Source: Macrostomum lignano
Lineage: Eukaryota
Assembly (NCBI GenBank): GCA_002269645.1
Contig: NIVC01004366.1
Span: 1-48,331, forward strand
DNA: 48,331 nucleotides
Direction: 5' to 3'
The notes under the pieces are model-generated. The model was not told where the DNA came from and ran no database searches. It was given only the letters and a program-made list of their open reading frames with translations. Position numbers and translations under genes: made by a program. Positions 1-10,660 of the stretch are shown here, piece after piece (the first letter of the stretch is position 1; each line of letters starts with the position of its first letter).

Positions 1-1560
1 CATGTAAAAAATCATAGAAGCGTCATGTAAACAATCATAGAAGCGTCATGTAAAAATCATAGAAGCGTCATGTAAACAATCATAGAAGCGTCATGTAAAA
101 AATCATAGAAGCGTCATGTAAAAATCATAGAGTTTAAAAATCATAGAAGCGTCATGTAAAAAATCATAGAAGCGTCATGTAAAAAATCATAGAAGCGTCA
201 TGTAAACAATCATAGAAGCGTCATGTAAACAATCATAGAAGCGTCATGTAAACAATCATAGAAGCGTCATGTAAAAAATCATAGAAGCGTCATGTAAACA
301 ATCATAGAAGCGTCATGTAAAAAATCATAGAAGCGTCATGTAAACAATCATAGAAGCGTCATGTAATTAATCATAGAAGCGTCGTTTAAAAAATCATAGA
401 AGCGTCATGTAAACAATCATAGAAGCGTCATGTAAAAAATCATAGAAGCGTCATGTAAACAATCATAGAAGCGTCATGTAAAAAATCATAGAAGCGTCAT
501 GTAAAAATCATAGAAGCGTCATGTAAACAATCATAGAAGCGTCATGTAAAAATCATAGAAGCGTCATGTAAACAATCATAGAAGCGTCATGTAAACAATC
601 ATAGAAGCGTCATGTAAAAAACCATAGAAGCGTCATGTAAAAATCATAGAAGCGTCATGTAAAAAATCATAGAAGCGTCATGTAAACAATCATAGAAGCG
701 TCATGTTAAAAAATCATAGAAGCGTCGTTTAAAAAATAATAGAAGCGTCATGTAAACAATCATAGAAGCGTCGTTAAAAAATCATAGAAGCGTCATGTAA
801 ACAATCATAGAAGCGTCATGTAAAAATCATAGAAGCGTCATGTAAACAATCATAGAAGCGTCATGTAAAAATCATAGAAGCGTCATGTAATTAATCATAG
901 AAGCGTCATGTAAAAAATCATAGAAGCGTCATGTAAACAATCATAGAAGCGTCATGTAAAAATCATAGAAGCGTCATGTAAACAATCATAGAAGCGTCAT
1001 GTAAAAAATCATAGAAGCGTCATGTAAACAATCATAGAAGCGTCATGTAAAAAATCATAGAAGCGTCATGTAAACAATCATAGAAGCGTCATGTAAAATC
1101 ATAGAAGCGTCGTAAAAAATCATAGAAGCGTCATGTAAAAATCATAGAAGCGTCATGTAAAAATCATAGAAGCGTCATGTAAACAATCATAGAAGCGTCA
1201 TGTAAAAAATCATAGAAGCGTCATGTAAACAATCATAGAAGCGTCATGTAAAAAATCATAGAAGCGTCATGTAAAAAATCATAGAAGCGTCATGTAAACA
1301 ATCATAGAAGCGTCATGTAAACAATCATAGAAGCGTCATGTAAACAATCATAGAAGCGTCATTAAAAAATCATAGAAACGTCGTAAAAAATATAGAAGCG
1401 TCATGTAAACAATCATAGAAGCGTCATGTAAAATCATAGAAGCGTCATGTAATTAATCATAGAAGCGTCATGTAAAAATAGAAGCGTCATGTAAAATCAT
1501 AGAAGCCTCATTTAAAAAGTAATGAAAGTGTCATTTAAAATATTAAGAAGCATCATGGTA
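1..1560. repeat. Tandem satellite, 21-22 bp unit AATCATAGAAGCGTCATGTAAA(C/A); runs off the window start
   Basis: Dozens of near-perfect head-to-tail copies, varying mainly in A-run length; degenerates after ~1500. Confidence 0.97.
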
Positions 1561-1619
1561 GAATAAAAGAAGCGTCATGTCAGACATGAAGGGTGTCATG
1601 TAAAAATTAAATGCAGCTA

Positions 1620-2237
1620 TAATGCTGTGCTGGGGAGAATTACTGAGACGTCAAGGCTCTCAGAGAATAACTGAGATTACGGGAGGGGGGGTTTCTGAGA
1701 TGTCAAAGCAAAAGTCAGAGGCTACTTCAAAGTTCATGTACTTTACTCAATTTTTTATTGCATTCATTGTTGGCTCGCCACGGGGGGGCGCTGATAAAAA
1801 AAGCGTAATGTAAAAAATAAAAGAAGCTTCATGTCGAAGTTAAGAGATTCATTTGGGAATCCCTACGATGTCGAGGCTTGCAGGGAATCGCTATAATGCT
1901 GTAGTAGTGCTATAATGACTCTCAGAGAGAATTACTGAAATTTCAATGCTTTAGGGTTAGGTTAGGGTTAGGGTTAGGGTAGGGTTAGGGTTAGGCTAGG
2001 GTTAGGGTTAGAAGGTTGACAGATATTTTTAGATTTCCAAGGCTTATTGGGGGGTAATGCTGAGATGTCAAGGGGGGAAGTTGATGTGTTAAAGCTTGTG
2101 GGGGGGGGGAATTATTGACATGTCAAGGCTTACAAGGTTTGACAGGAGATTTTTTAAGATTTCAAGGATATATGTAGCTTATTAAAAAACGTGTATTGCA
2201 TTTCTTTGGCGCCCCTACGGGGGGCGTAGATTGCTAG
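1620..2237 (+). mobile_element. Degenerate Helitron-like 3' region with decayed 28-bp-type repeat units
   Basis: Hairpin CGCCCC-tacgg-GGGGCG (2210-2226) followed 7 nt later by CTAG|T (2234-2238), the canonical Helitron 3' layout. Upstream units (gctgagatgtcaagg) are the reverse complement of the 37880-38158 array. Confidence 0.45.
1951..2011 (+). repeat. Interstitial telomere-like (TTAGGG)n, ~10 imperfect units
   Basis: ttagggttaggttagggttagggttagggtagggttagggttaggctagggttagggttag read directly. Confidence 0.92.
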
Positions 2238-3266
2238 TTCAATAACTAGAATTCTTGCTTGGCTTTCATGCTAACATAAATATATCAAAAGAGACCACTT
2301 TCACTGAGCAGTGGATATATATTATGTTCGTGTTACTTTTAGACATTTTTATTATGAAATAATTAAATAAAGAGTTGTTATAGCTGTAAGTACTATAGTT
2401 TGCGAGGCAGTGATCACAGCGTAGTAAAATGAGGGAGCGAGATGGAAACTAGTCAGATTTACACTGGCCCACACACAAGTGTATATAGTCACACTCATGC
2501 GCCTGTAATAACCAATAAATTTGAATCCAAACCTATGGCTACATTGATTCATGGCTTAAACTACAGACGAGAAGTCTGGAGAAGCTATTAGTCATTTCAT
2601 TTTTACAACAGATATACAACAGATCCTGACAACATATAGTGCCGTTTTTGCCTTCAATTTTTTTAGGCTAATTTTATATTTATAATGGCTATATTGACTT
2701 CTTGTGCTCACGCAGGAAAAGGTTCTGATTAATGATTGTATTAAACCTATTAAACTCTTAAAGGAAGGACAATAGCAAAAATCAAGGTAAAAAATCACAT
2801 ATGAGCTGTACTAATTCAAATTTGAGTCATTAGATCAGTAGATTTACTTCAGTAGATTTTAGGCTAAATTTTAAGTCAGCGATTCTCAGCGAACTCAGTG
2901 AACTCAGAAAAAACACCCAGTTTTTTATCACATTTTTAAGTTTCCACCCCAAAAACTTTTCTTTGATCTCAGCCCTCGCGATTGTCGTCTCAACTGTGAG
3001 TGATGCGCTTTGCGCCACAAGCTAGGCCCCAGCTTAGGCTGGTGAGGAGAGAGTCGAGAGTAATGGCTAGAATTGTATTAAGGCTGTCACTTGTTAACCA
3101 CTGGTTTCGGGGCGATAACTTTAACATGATGCTCAGTGTACATGTACGAGCATATACTTTTACAGCTACCGGTATTATTCAATAATGTTTGATTCAGATG
3201 GTCGTATAGATGCAAATATTTTTAGATTTTAGTGGCTTTCACAGCAGAAGTTATAAAACATTGTGG

Positions 3267-4732
3267 TTATTCAGCCGACGAGTCTTGCGAAGTCGAACAC
3301 TCGTCCGCGTCGGACTTGGTCTTGATCCTTTCGGCCACAGCTGCCGTAAATGCAGCGCCCTTTCCACTACCGTCCTCGGCAAGAATCAAGTGGGTATAAA
3401 CATTCTCACAATGAATGTCTAGAAATTCTTGAATGAGAAACTGCAATTTCGGGTGCTTTTTGTACAGAGAGCCATCAACCGCGATTGCGACCTCAGCGCG
3501 CTGAATGCGCTCGACGAACACGGACAGTCCGGCAGCGACAATCTGAGCTGCGCGCACCGACAAAGCGTTCGCCAGGTACCGAACAACGTGGTAGTCCTCA
3601 TCAGAGATGCTGCTCAGTTTCAGCTCCTTCAGACAGCGGTATGTTTGGCTCAGGTCTCGGTGATTGTCCTGCTCTACTCGAGAGATGAAGGATGAAGGGA
3701 AGCTGCCTGGTGTAAGCAGCGCCGGAGACGGCTGGCCTCCGAAGACGAGACCCTCGTCGCAGAGCTTCACGAGAGTGACGCGAGCCAGCTCTCCGAGGTA
3801 CATTCCGCTGAAAAGCTTCTCGAACGTGTACGTTCCGGCATAGAGCGACTCGTTATCCAGCTGGAAGTCGAACTCAGTCTTGAGAAACTTGATCACTCCA
3901 TTGTCTCCGAACGCACCCCACTCAGTGTTCACAATGACGTATTCGTACTCTTGAAACTCGGACGGCGAATGTCCAGTCAGAGACTGCCACTTTGGAATGT
4001 TGCAGATTCTCTCCATGTAGCAGACGTTGCTGCCGGTTCCCATGATGAGCCCGATGCCGCACGATGCGTCCATGAATGCACCACTCATGAGTGTTCCAGT
4101 GGTGTCGTTCAGAACTGCGAGTACGTCGATTTTGAGCGAGTGTTTGTTGATTGCGTCTTGCAGAAGCTTCACCGGATCTTTTCCGATTCCGTCTTTGATT
4201 GATAGGGACTTGTTCAAACGCTCGATCACACCGGAAGTGAGAGAGGTGAGTCCCAGAGGGTATGAGTACGTGAATCCGAGCGGAATTCGCTTTTCGGAGC
4301 TGTCCAGCTTCTCCTTGTGGACGAACTCGGCCAGCTTATCAGCGATAAAGTCAAACAACTCGGCTGCCGTTCCCTTGAGTCTCTCAGTCGGGATGGCAAA
4401 GTTCTCGCAGCTGCTGAAACACCTGCTGCCACTGCGCAACGAAACATCGAGAATTCGAAAGTTTGTTCCGCCGAGATCCAGCGCCAAGAAGTTTCCTCTC
4501 TCGGAACCGTTAAGCAATCCGCGAACAAACGTGACAGCCATTTGAAGCGAGCTCGCTTTCCTTTGTTCTGGGTCATCGCTGAGTCCTTTCTCAATCTCCT
4601 CCCTGAGTCTATCTTTGAGCTCGCAGATCTGTTGATGGCTTATTTGAACTTGCTTATCATGGACTTTATTCGCCAATCTTTTTCCGAGGTGACTTCCATA
4701 TCCAATCGACTTGATCGTCTGATACGACTCAT
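3267..4732 (-). CDS. HK: Hexokinase copy A, intronless, 1-nt frameshift at 4643-4645 (~488 aa if repaired)
   Basis: Motifs FLALDLGGTNFRI, LGFTYSYP, NDTTGTL, GTGSNVCYME, NTEWGAFGD, FEKLFSGMYLGEL, EDGSGKGAA. The ATG at 4732 gives MSRIRRSSRLDMEVTSEKDWRIKSMISKF, homologous to the copy B N-terminus, then AAA TAA; one extra A restores the frame. The listed ORF start at 4676 is a TTG artefact. Confidence 0.93.
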
Positions 4733-5639
4733 CCTGACCTTTGTAAGCTAGTACAGAGCAAAGTATGTGTACTCGTGATAGTGCGACTGGGCACAGTGTT
4801 GCTTCGAACTGAGATCTTATAGCTTTGTCGGTGCCTAGGAGTAGAGGTGTGGCTAGAACTGCATATTTTAGCTAAATTGATTCATGTTTATGTTAAAGTA
4901 CAGTGACTAGGTGAGAATTGCTTCGCTTGAATTCGCTATCTCTGTCAGATCAGACAGAAGCAGCTTGTGAGCCTCCTTCCTTAATGGACCGCGGCTGCGC
5001 TTGATTTGCATCTCATTCTAGTCGCACATCTGCGGCATGCCGAATCACCCGTGTGAGAAAAAAGATTCAGTGAGAATTAATGAAATCGCAGAGGTTTTTC
5101 TCATATCTTGCAGTTTCTTTTGCTTACACAAAACTACACCACATGACACCAGAATGTCACTTGTGGGCTTGCAGTTAACGGTGCAAAGCGGTTTGTCTTT
5201 TTTATTTATCGAGGTACGCAACTAGGCATTATGGAATTCTATTTGTGCGGCTTGCAAAAGATCGAATCTATTTTATGACCTCGAACCCTTAAAAATCCAC
5301 AAGGCTTGCACAGCAAATTGAAAAAGCAAATGCATAGTCAAACAATGTTTCATGCTGATCTGTAGCTCGTTAAACCTAATTGAATACGTTACAGATCAAC
5401 TTCGCAAAAAACACTTTGCATTAAAAACACGGCTCAAAATATTCAAGGATCGAGTCACTGATGCAAGAACTTGGCTGTGAATTTCACATTCAGCCATCAA
5501 TTGCTTGTCGAACAAGGCAGCGCAGTACATATGTGAATATGTGATTTATACTACTCTCAGTACAATTTTTGGCTGTAATGCAGCCTGAAGTTTGGTTGAC
5601 TGTAGTGACAAGTGTGTCCCGTCGATGCGCAGCCAGTGT

Positions 5640-6520
5640 CTAACCTTCGAGTTATTCGGCAGTCAGAGCGATGAATAAAGACTGCTATTGAGCCAATTCA
5701 CTCTTCAGCTCAGCCTCCCAGCGCGAAATAGCTTCTTAAACAGGCGTGAGGAAAGGACTGCATTGATAGCAGCCTCTTGACATCGACATTGCCGGGGACC
5801 CCGTAGTCTTTGGCATTAATATGAGAACTTACGCTATCGATGGTGATGTGGCAGTTGGCTTCAAGAAAAGCTGCAATAAAGTTTTTTATGGTGATGTGCA
5901 GGAATTTTCCTTTGTCACACCCTTTGTTATGCGTGTAGAATTGACGTAGAAAAATATCTAGCTAAGAAAATGGTGATGCGCAGTCCCTTTCGCAAGCCGC
6001 CCTGCCAGTACAGTGCTCTCCGCTCCGTGAGCGACCTTGCAACCGGTGGAACGATCGGGGCATCAAATCCAAACTCATCGATGAATATATTTTATGGATT
6101 GTGAGAACTTCCGCTAAACAAACCCACTCGCAAAACTCCAAGCGCGTCAATCACCGGGGGTGTTTTTCCGGCTGGTAGATCCATTGCCAGCTGCCTGTTG
6201 TATAGGGCACCATTTTCACTGATACAATTGTCCGTGAATTGAAACTTATTTGGAAAATGTTGCCGCAGATTAGCATTCAATTTCCTTAACGTAATGAGCA
6301 GGTTAGATTCAACGAATGCCTGCATCTCCATATTCCACTCGACTCGCTTCGACCCACATTTTAGGAGCGTTTCGATTTTTCCAGAACAAACAGTCGTATA
6401 CTCGTACGTTGTTGTTCTTTTGACATTGAGATGTCCTGCAAAAGCGGTGAAATCCTCCCCTTGTTCAAAGGCTCCGATGATCCTACCTCTGTCAGCATTA
6501 TATCAGATACTAATCCTGTT
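5640..6520 (-). mobile_element. Decayed Tc1/IS630-like transposase (pseudogene)
   Basis: Frame-broken pieces in the correct order: DRGRIIGAFEQGEDFTAFAGHLNVKRTT (HTH1), EMQAFVESNLLITLRKLNANLRQHFPNK (HTH2), NIFIDEFGF (first D), ITIDSVSSH (second D), SPFLTPV*EAISRWEAELK (SPxLNPIE-type E motif). Boundaries approximate; no TIRs found. Confidence 0.75.
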
Positions 6521-6849
6521 GTTGGTTCGGCGAATTTTTTGACCGTTAGCCACGCCAAGATCTTGTGCTCCGAAGCTGTTGTGTTGTCCTCATTCTCACC
6601 GCCTTCCTCAAACAGTTCTTGGTCTTGCTTTTCCATCTTGTCTTTTTCGCAAGGGTACTCGTTCTAATAGATATTTTTGTTGCCCTATCCAAGGACAACT
6701 TTATCACGTGATCCTATCATAATATCATTATGATCCTAAAATCCTTGGTCCTATCATTATGCAGTTTAACGGGAGTTTTAGCCATAGACGGTTAGTCCAG
6801 TTTTACGAGCGTATTAAAGTTAATGCTTCTCTTTTACAAACTCTAAAAC

Positions 6850-7571
6850 TTCCACAGCAGGACTAAGCCAGGGAAGCCTCTATGGTCGCTGCGCTCCCCA
6901 GGAAGGGACACTCACCCGCCCCACCCCACTCCGCTATACAAGTTGAGGGGAATGGCATAGAATATGAAATGATGCTGCTGCTTATCGATTTCTCGCTAGA
7001 GCAGTTTGTACGCGAACTTTTGTAACACCTCTCGTATTTCATAGCTTGCTAACTGGAAAAATAATATATACACAGCCGGAGCTTCTGGAAAATGGATCTC
7101 TGCAATTCCCCGAAAGTGGACAGCAGCAGAGTTGGAGAAGTTGCGCTGAGATCCTGCGATGTTTTGCGTTGAATAGTGCAAACCGCATCTTTCTATGACT
7201 TTTAGTTAAAAAGTTATCAATCATAGAAATGAATAAACGTTGCATTTTCCTATCACTGCTTTCCAATCGGGTTTTTACCCCTAAACTTGTATGCTGCCTA
7301 AACTAGTGTCCCTTCCTTGGGGAGCGCAGCGACCATAGAGGCTTCCCTGACTAAGCATAAAGGGGAATCCATCGGTGAATTCCTTGCAAGTCTACGGAAG
7401 CTGGCTATCACGAGTGGCTTTGAAAGATTTTTAGATGATGCACTGAGAAACTGATTTTTCGTTAGCCTCAGGAATCATCTGATCCAGCAACGACTGCTGC
7501 AAGAATAAAAAAAGACCCTGTCGGACGCGCTCACCCTAGCAACTGCAATCGAAGCAGCGGAGAAGGGTGTG
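6850..7571 (+). mobile_element. Ty3/Gypsy gag fragment interrupted by a MITE
   Basis: With the MITE and one TSD copy removed it reads FHSRTKHKGESIGEFLASLRKLAITSGFERFLDDALRN*FFVSLRNHLIQQRLLQE*KKTLSDALTLATAIEAAEK, a typical retrotransposon gag GES..LR.LA..C.F...LRDRFV.GL pattern with two stops. Confidence 0.75.
6869..7349. mobile_element. 481-bp MITE, ~44-bp TIRs starting CAGGGAAGCC, 7-bp TSD ACTAAGC
   Basis: TIRs at 6869-6912 and 7305-7349 are reverse complements with one indel; ACTAAGC at 6862-6868 and 7350-7356. Confidence 0.88.
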
Positions 7572-8264
7572 TTGAGCTTATCGGAGAAATTTGAGAAACT
7601 GAAACAAGCTGAAGAAAGCGGACAGGTTGCAATATCAATGACAGGGGCGAATGTTATACATTGATAAAGAACTCCAGATTTAGATCTGCGAGCTTCCGAT
7701 TGGCCGAGCAAAAACTGCTTGTATTCAAGCGCTTGTTTTTAAGACTACTTTTTTAGGCTCATGTAGCTGTGCAACGCTTACAAGTATCTTCGCATGAACA
7801 AAGCAATAACATGCATGTGATTGAGGGGCAAAGGTAGCAGGTACGAGTACATTAAATTTATTTAATTTAGTGGGCTACTTAAAAAGACAGCGACAATCGA
7901 ATAGATTAGAATTTAGTGTTTTCTGTCGGAGTTCAAAATAGAAAAAAGGTCTTTAAGCGTCAAAAAGCTAACGGGTCTTTTACTCCAATATCGTGTAGAT
8001 TAATGGTACCTCGTAACTTCGTGTTACTTGGCCGTTCGGACTAAATTTATAGAGAATGAAACAAATCGAAAAAGATAGGATCGATATTCGACTCAAAATG
8101 GAATGACAAAATATTTAAGCATCAACTTGGGCAATAAAAGCAAAGCAGCAAAGCGGATGTCCTGCAGATCTTGTCCGATCAGATTCGGATCTTTCACAGT
8201 CGGGAGTCAAAGCAAACAAAAAGGCACTATTGCCACAACCTGCTCTCAGAAAGATAATTCACTT

Positions 8265-9704
8265 TTACTCGCCATTTGAGGTCTCGTCCCTTCGAAATCT
8301 GTCAACAACAGCAGCGGTGAAGGCCGCGCCCTTGCCGCTGCCGTCCTCAGCGTGTATTAGCCTTGTATGCGTTCTTGGGCAGTACTTGTCCAGGAACTCC
8401 TGAATCAGACCTGGTAGCACAGGATGTTTGGTGAATAGGGACCCGTCGACCGCGATTGCGACCTCAGTGCGCTGAACGCGCTCGACGAACACGGACAGTC
8501 CGGCAGCGACAATCTGAGCTGCGCGCACCGACAAAGCGTTCGCCAGGTACCGAACAACGTGGTAGTCCTCATCAGAGATGCTGCTCAGTTTCAGCTCCTT
8601 CAGACAGCGGTATGTTTGGCTCAGGTCTCGGTGATTGTCCTGCTCTACTCGAGAGATGAAGGATGAAGGGAAGCTGCCTGGTGTAAGCAGCGCCGGAGAC
8701 GGCTGGCCTCCGAAGACGAGACCCTCGTCGCAGAGCTTCACGAGAGTGACGCGAGCTAGCTCTCCGAGGTACATTCCGCTGAAAAGCTTCTCGAACGTGT
8801 ACGTTCCGGCATAGAGCGACTCGTTATCCAGCTGGAAGTCGAACTCAGTCTTGAGAAACTTGATCACTCCATTGTCTCCGAACGCACCCCACTCAGTGTT
8901 CACAATGACGTATTCGTACTCTTGAAACTCGGACGGCGAATGTCCAGTCAGAGACTGCCACTTTGGAATGTTGCAGATTCTCTCCATGTAGCAGACGTTG
9001 CTGCCGGTTCCCATGATGAGCCCGATGCCGCACGATGCGTCCATGAATGCACCACTCATGAGTGTTCCAGTGGTGTCGTTCAGAACTGCGAGTACGTCGA
9101 TTTTGAGCGAGTGTTTGTTGATTGCGTCTTGCAGAAGCTTCACCGGATCTTTTCCGATTCCGTCTTTGATTGATAGGGACTTGTTCAAACGCTCGATCAC
9201 ACCGGAAGTGAGAGAGGTGAGTCCCAGAGGGTATGAGTACGTGAATCCGAGCGGAATTCGCTTTTCGGAGCTGTCCAGCTTCTCCTTGTGGACGAACTCG
9301 GCCAGCTTATCAGCGATAAAGTCAAACAACTCGGCTGCCGTTCCCTTGAGTCTCTCAGTCGGGATGGCAAAGTTCTCGCAGCTGCTGAAACACCTGCTGC
9401 CACTGCGCAACGAAACATCGAGAATTCGAAAGTTTGTTCCGCCGAGATCCAGCGCCAAGAAGTTTCCTCTCTCGGAACCGTTAAGCAATCCGCGAACAAA
9501 CGTGACAGCCATTTGAAGCGAGCTCGCTTTCCTTTGTTCTGGGTCATCGCTGAGTCCTTTCTCAATCTCCTCCCTGAGTCTATCTTTGAGCTCGCAGATT
9601 TGTTTATGCGTCGGGAAGAATTTAGTGATGATAGACTTGATGCGCCAATCCTCCTCGCTGGTCACTTCCAAATCCAGCCGACTAGACCGTTTAACTCGGG
9701 GCAT
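8265..9704 (-). CDS. HK: Hexokinase copy B, intronless, 479 aa, intact
   Basis: Complete ATG-to-stop ORF with the same hexokinase motif set as copy A; single ~50 kDa-type domain. Confidence 0.96.
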   Translation of the reverse strand: MPRVKRSSRLDLEVTSEEDWRIKSIITKFFPTHKQICELKDRLREEIEKGLSDDPEQRKASSLQMAVTFVRGLLNGSERGNFLALDLGGTNFRILDVSLRSGSRCFSSCENFAIPTERLKGTAAELFDFIADKLAEFVHKEKLDSSEKRIPLGFTYSYPLGLTSLTSGVIERLNKSLSIKDGIGKDPVKLLQDAINKHSLKIDVLAVLNDTTGTLMSGAFMDASCGIGLIMGTGSNVCYMERICNIPKWQSLTGHSPSEFQEYEYVIVNTEWGAFGDNGVIKFLKTEFDFQLDNESLYAGTYTFEKLFSGMYLGELARVTLVKLCDEGLVFGGQPSPALLTPGSFPSSFISRVEQDNHRDLSQTYRCLKELKLSSISDEDYHVVRYLANALSVRAAQIVAAGLSVFVERVQRTEVAIAVDGSLFTKHPVLPGLIQEFLDKYCPRTHTRLIHAEDGSGKGAAFTAAVVDRFRRDETSNGE

Positions 9705-10552
9705 TGTTTTAGACTATAATACTTGAACTTCGTTGGAAAACAGCTCGCGACTGCTATACTTCTGACCTCCAATTTTCTCAGTGCTTAGCGAAAGATTTTC
9801 AAGACTGCCGGACAGAAATTGATTGGCGTATTATATCTGCTTTTGAAGAAGACTCCCCTGCTTTTGTGTTTGAGACTAACAGCAACGCTAAGGACAGCTT
9901 ATCTAAGAACGCCTTCTATGTGGTCTTATCAGCGGGCAGTCCCAGCCGAGCTGTGAAACTCCTGTTTTTTTGCTTGTTGCTATCTGGCTTAGTGTACATG
10001 ATCGCTGTTTAACCGTAACATAGCTTCCCGTACAAGTTGCTGGGCTCTATGCACAGTTATTTGTGTCTTTGCAAGCTCTTTTCAAAAGCTTTTTTATTCT
10101 TAAGATAACAATGACCCTGCGGTAGGCAAGGATTGTTGGCCTTTGAATTTTAATGCATACAGCAGATATCGCGGTAAAAATTAGAGCCAATGCTCAGAGT
10201 AGTATAGATATATAACTAAACGCATTTTTTTATGTTAGTCTGCAGTTTTTTTTGCTTGGGTTCACTTCGTACGGTTATGAGACCACCTTTCTCTTATCTG
10301 TTGCTTTTGACCACACGCGACACAACTTTCTAACCCTCTTTGTGGTGGCGTCGGTCAATTTGACATGACAAATGTACTATCAGTTTAAATGGTGGCTTTT
10401 GATTTTTTGACTCTGTAGCTACACATTTATTGTCAACAATGTCAGCGGTTTCTGGGAAAGAATTAAATAGTGCTTCATGATGTGGTTTGGACACTTAGTG
10501 GCTAACTATGCTAAATATAGTCGAAGTACAAGATCATTGGATTTTGGCTGAC

Positions 10553-10660
10553 GGGAGGGGGTTTCATAAGACCGAAATTTCTCAACGCTGAAAATTTTGC
10601 GTGGTCCTCGTTATATTAAGTTTTCTAAGTTGTGAAATTTTAGTCTTGTGAAAGCGACCC
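10553..10660. mobile_element. Short degenerate MITE, same terminus family as 45438-45630
   Basis: The right end, reverse-complemented, reads gggtcgctttcacaagactaaaatttcacaac versus gggacgctttcataagacctaaatttcacaac at 45438; the left end reads gtttcataagaccgaaatttctcaacgc. Confidence 0.6.

Noticed and set aside
3951-4594. Duplicated 83/172/122-aa ORFs within both hexokinases
   Set aside because: Alternative-frame and antisense shadows; they are identical only because the underlying DNA is.
4674-4676. Listed start MANKVHDK for hexokinase A
   Set aside because: It is a TTG in the shifted frame; homology with copy B places the start at 4732.
10270-10360. Possible piggyBac Cys-rich tail (RVRKLCRVWSK) on the minus strand
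   Set aside because: Too short and degenerate, with no TTAA/TIR or DDD support.
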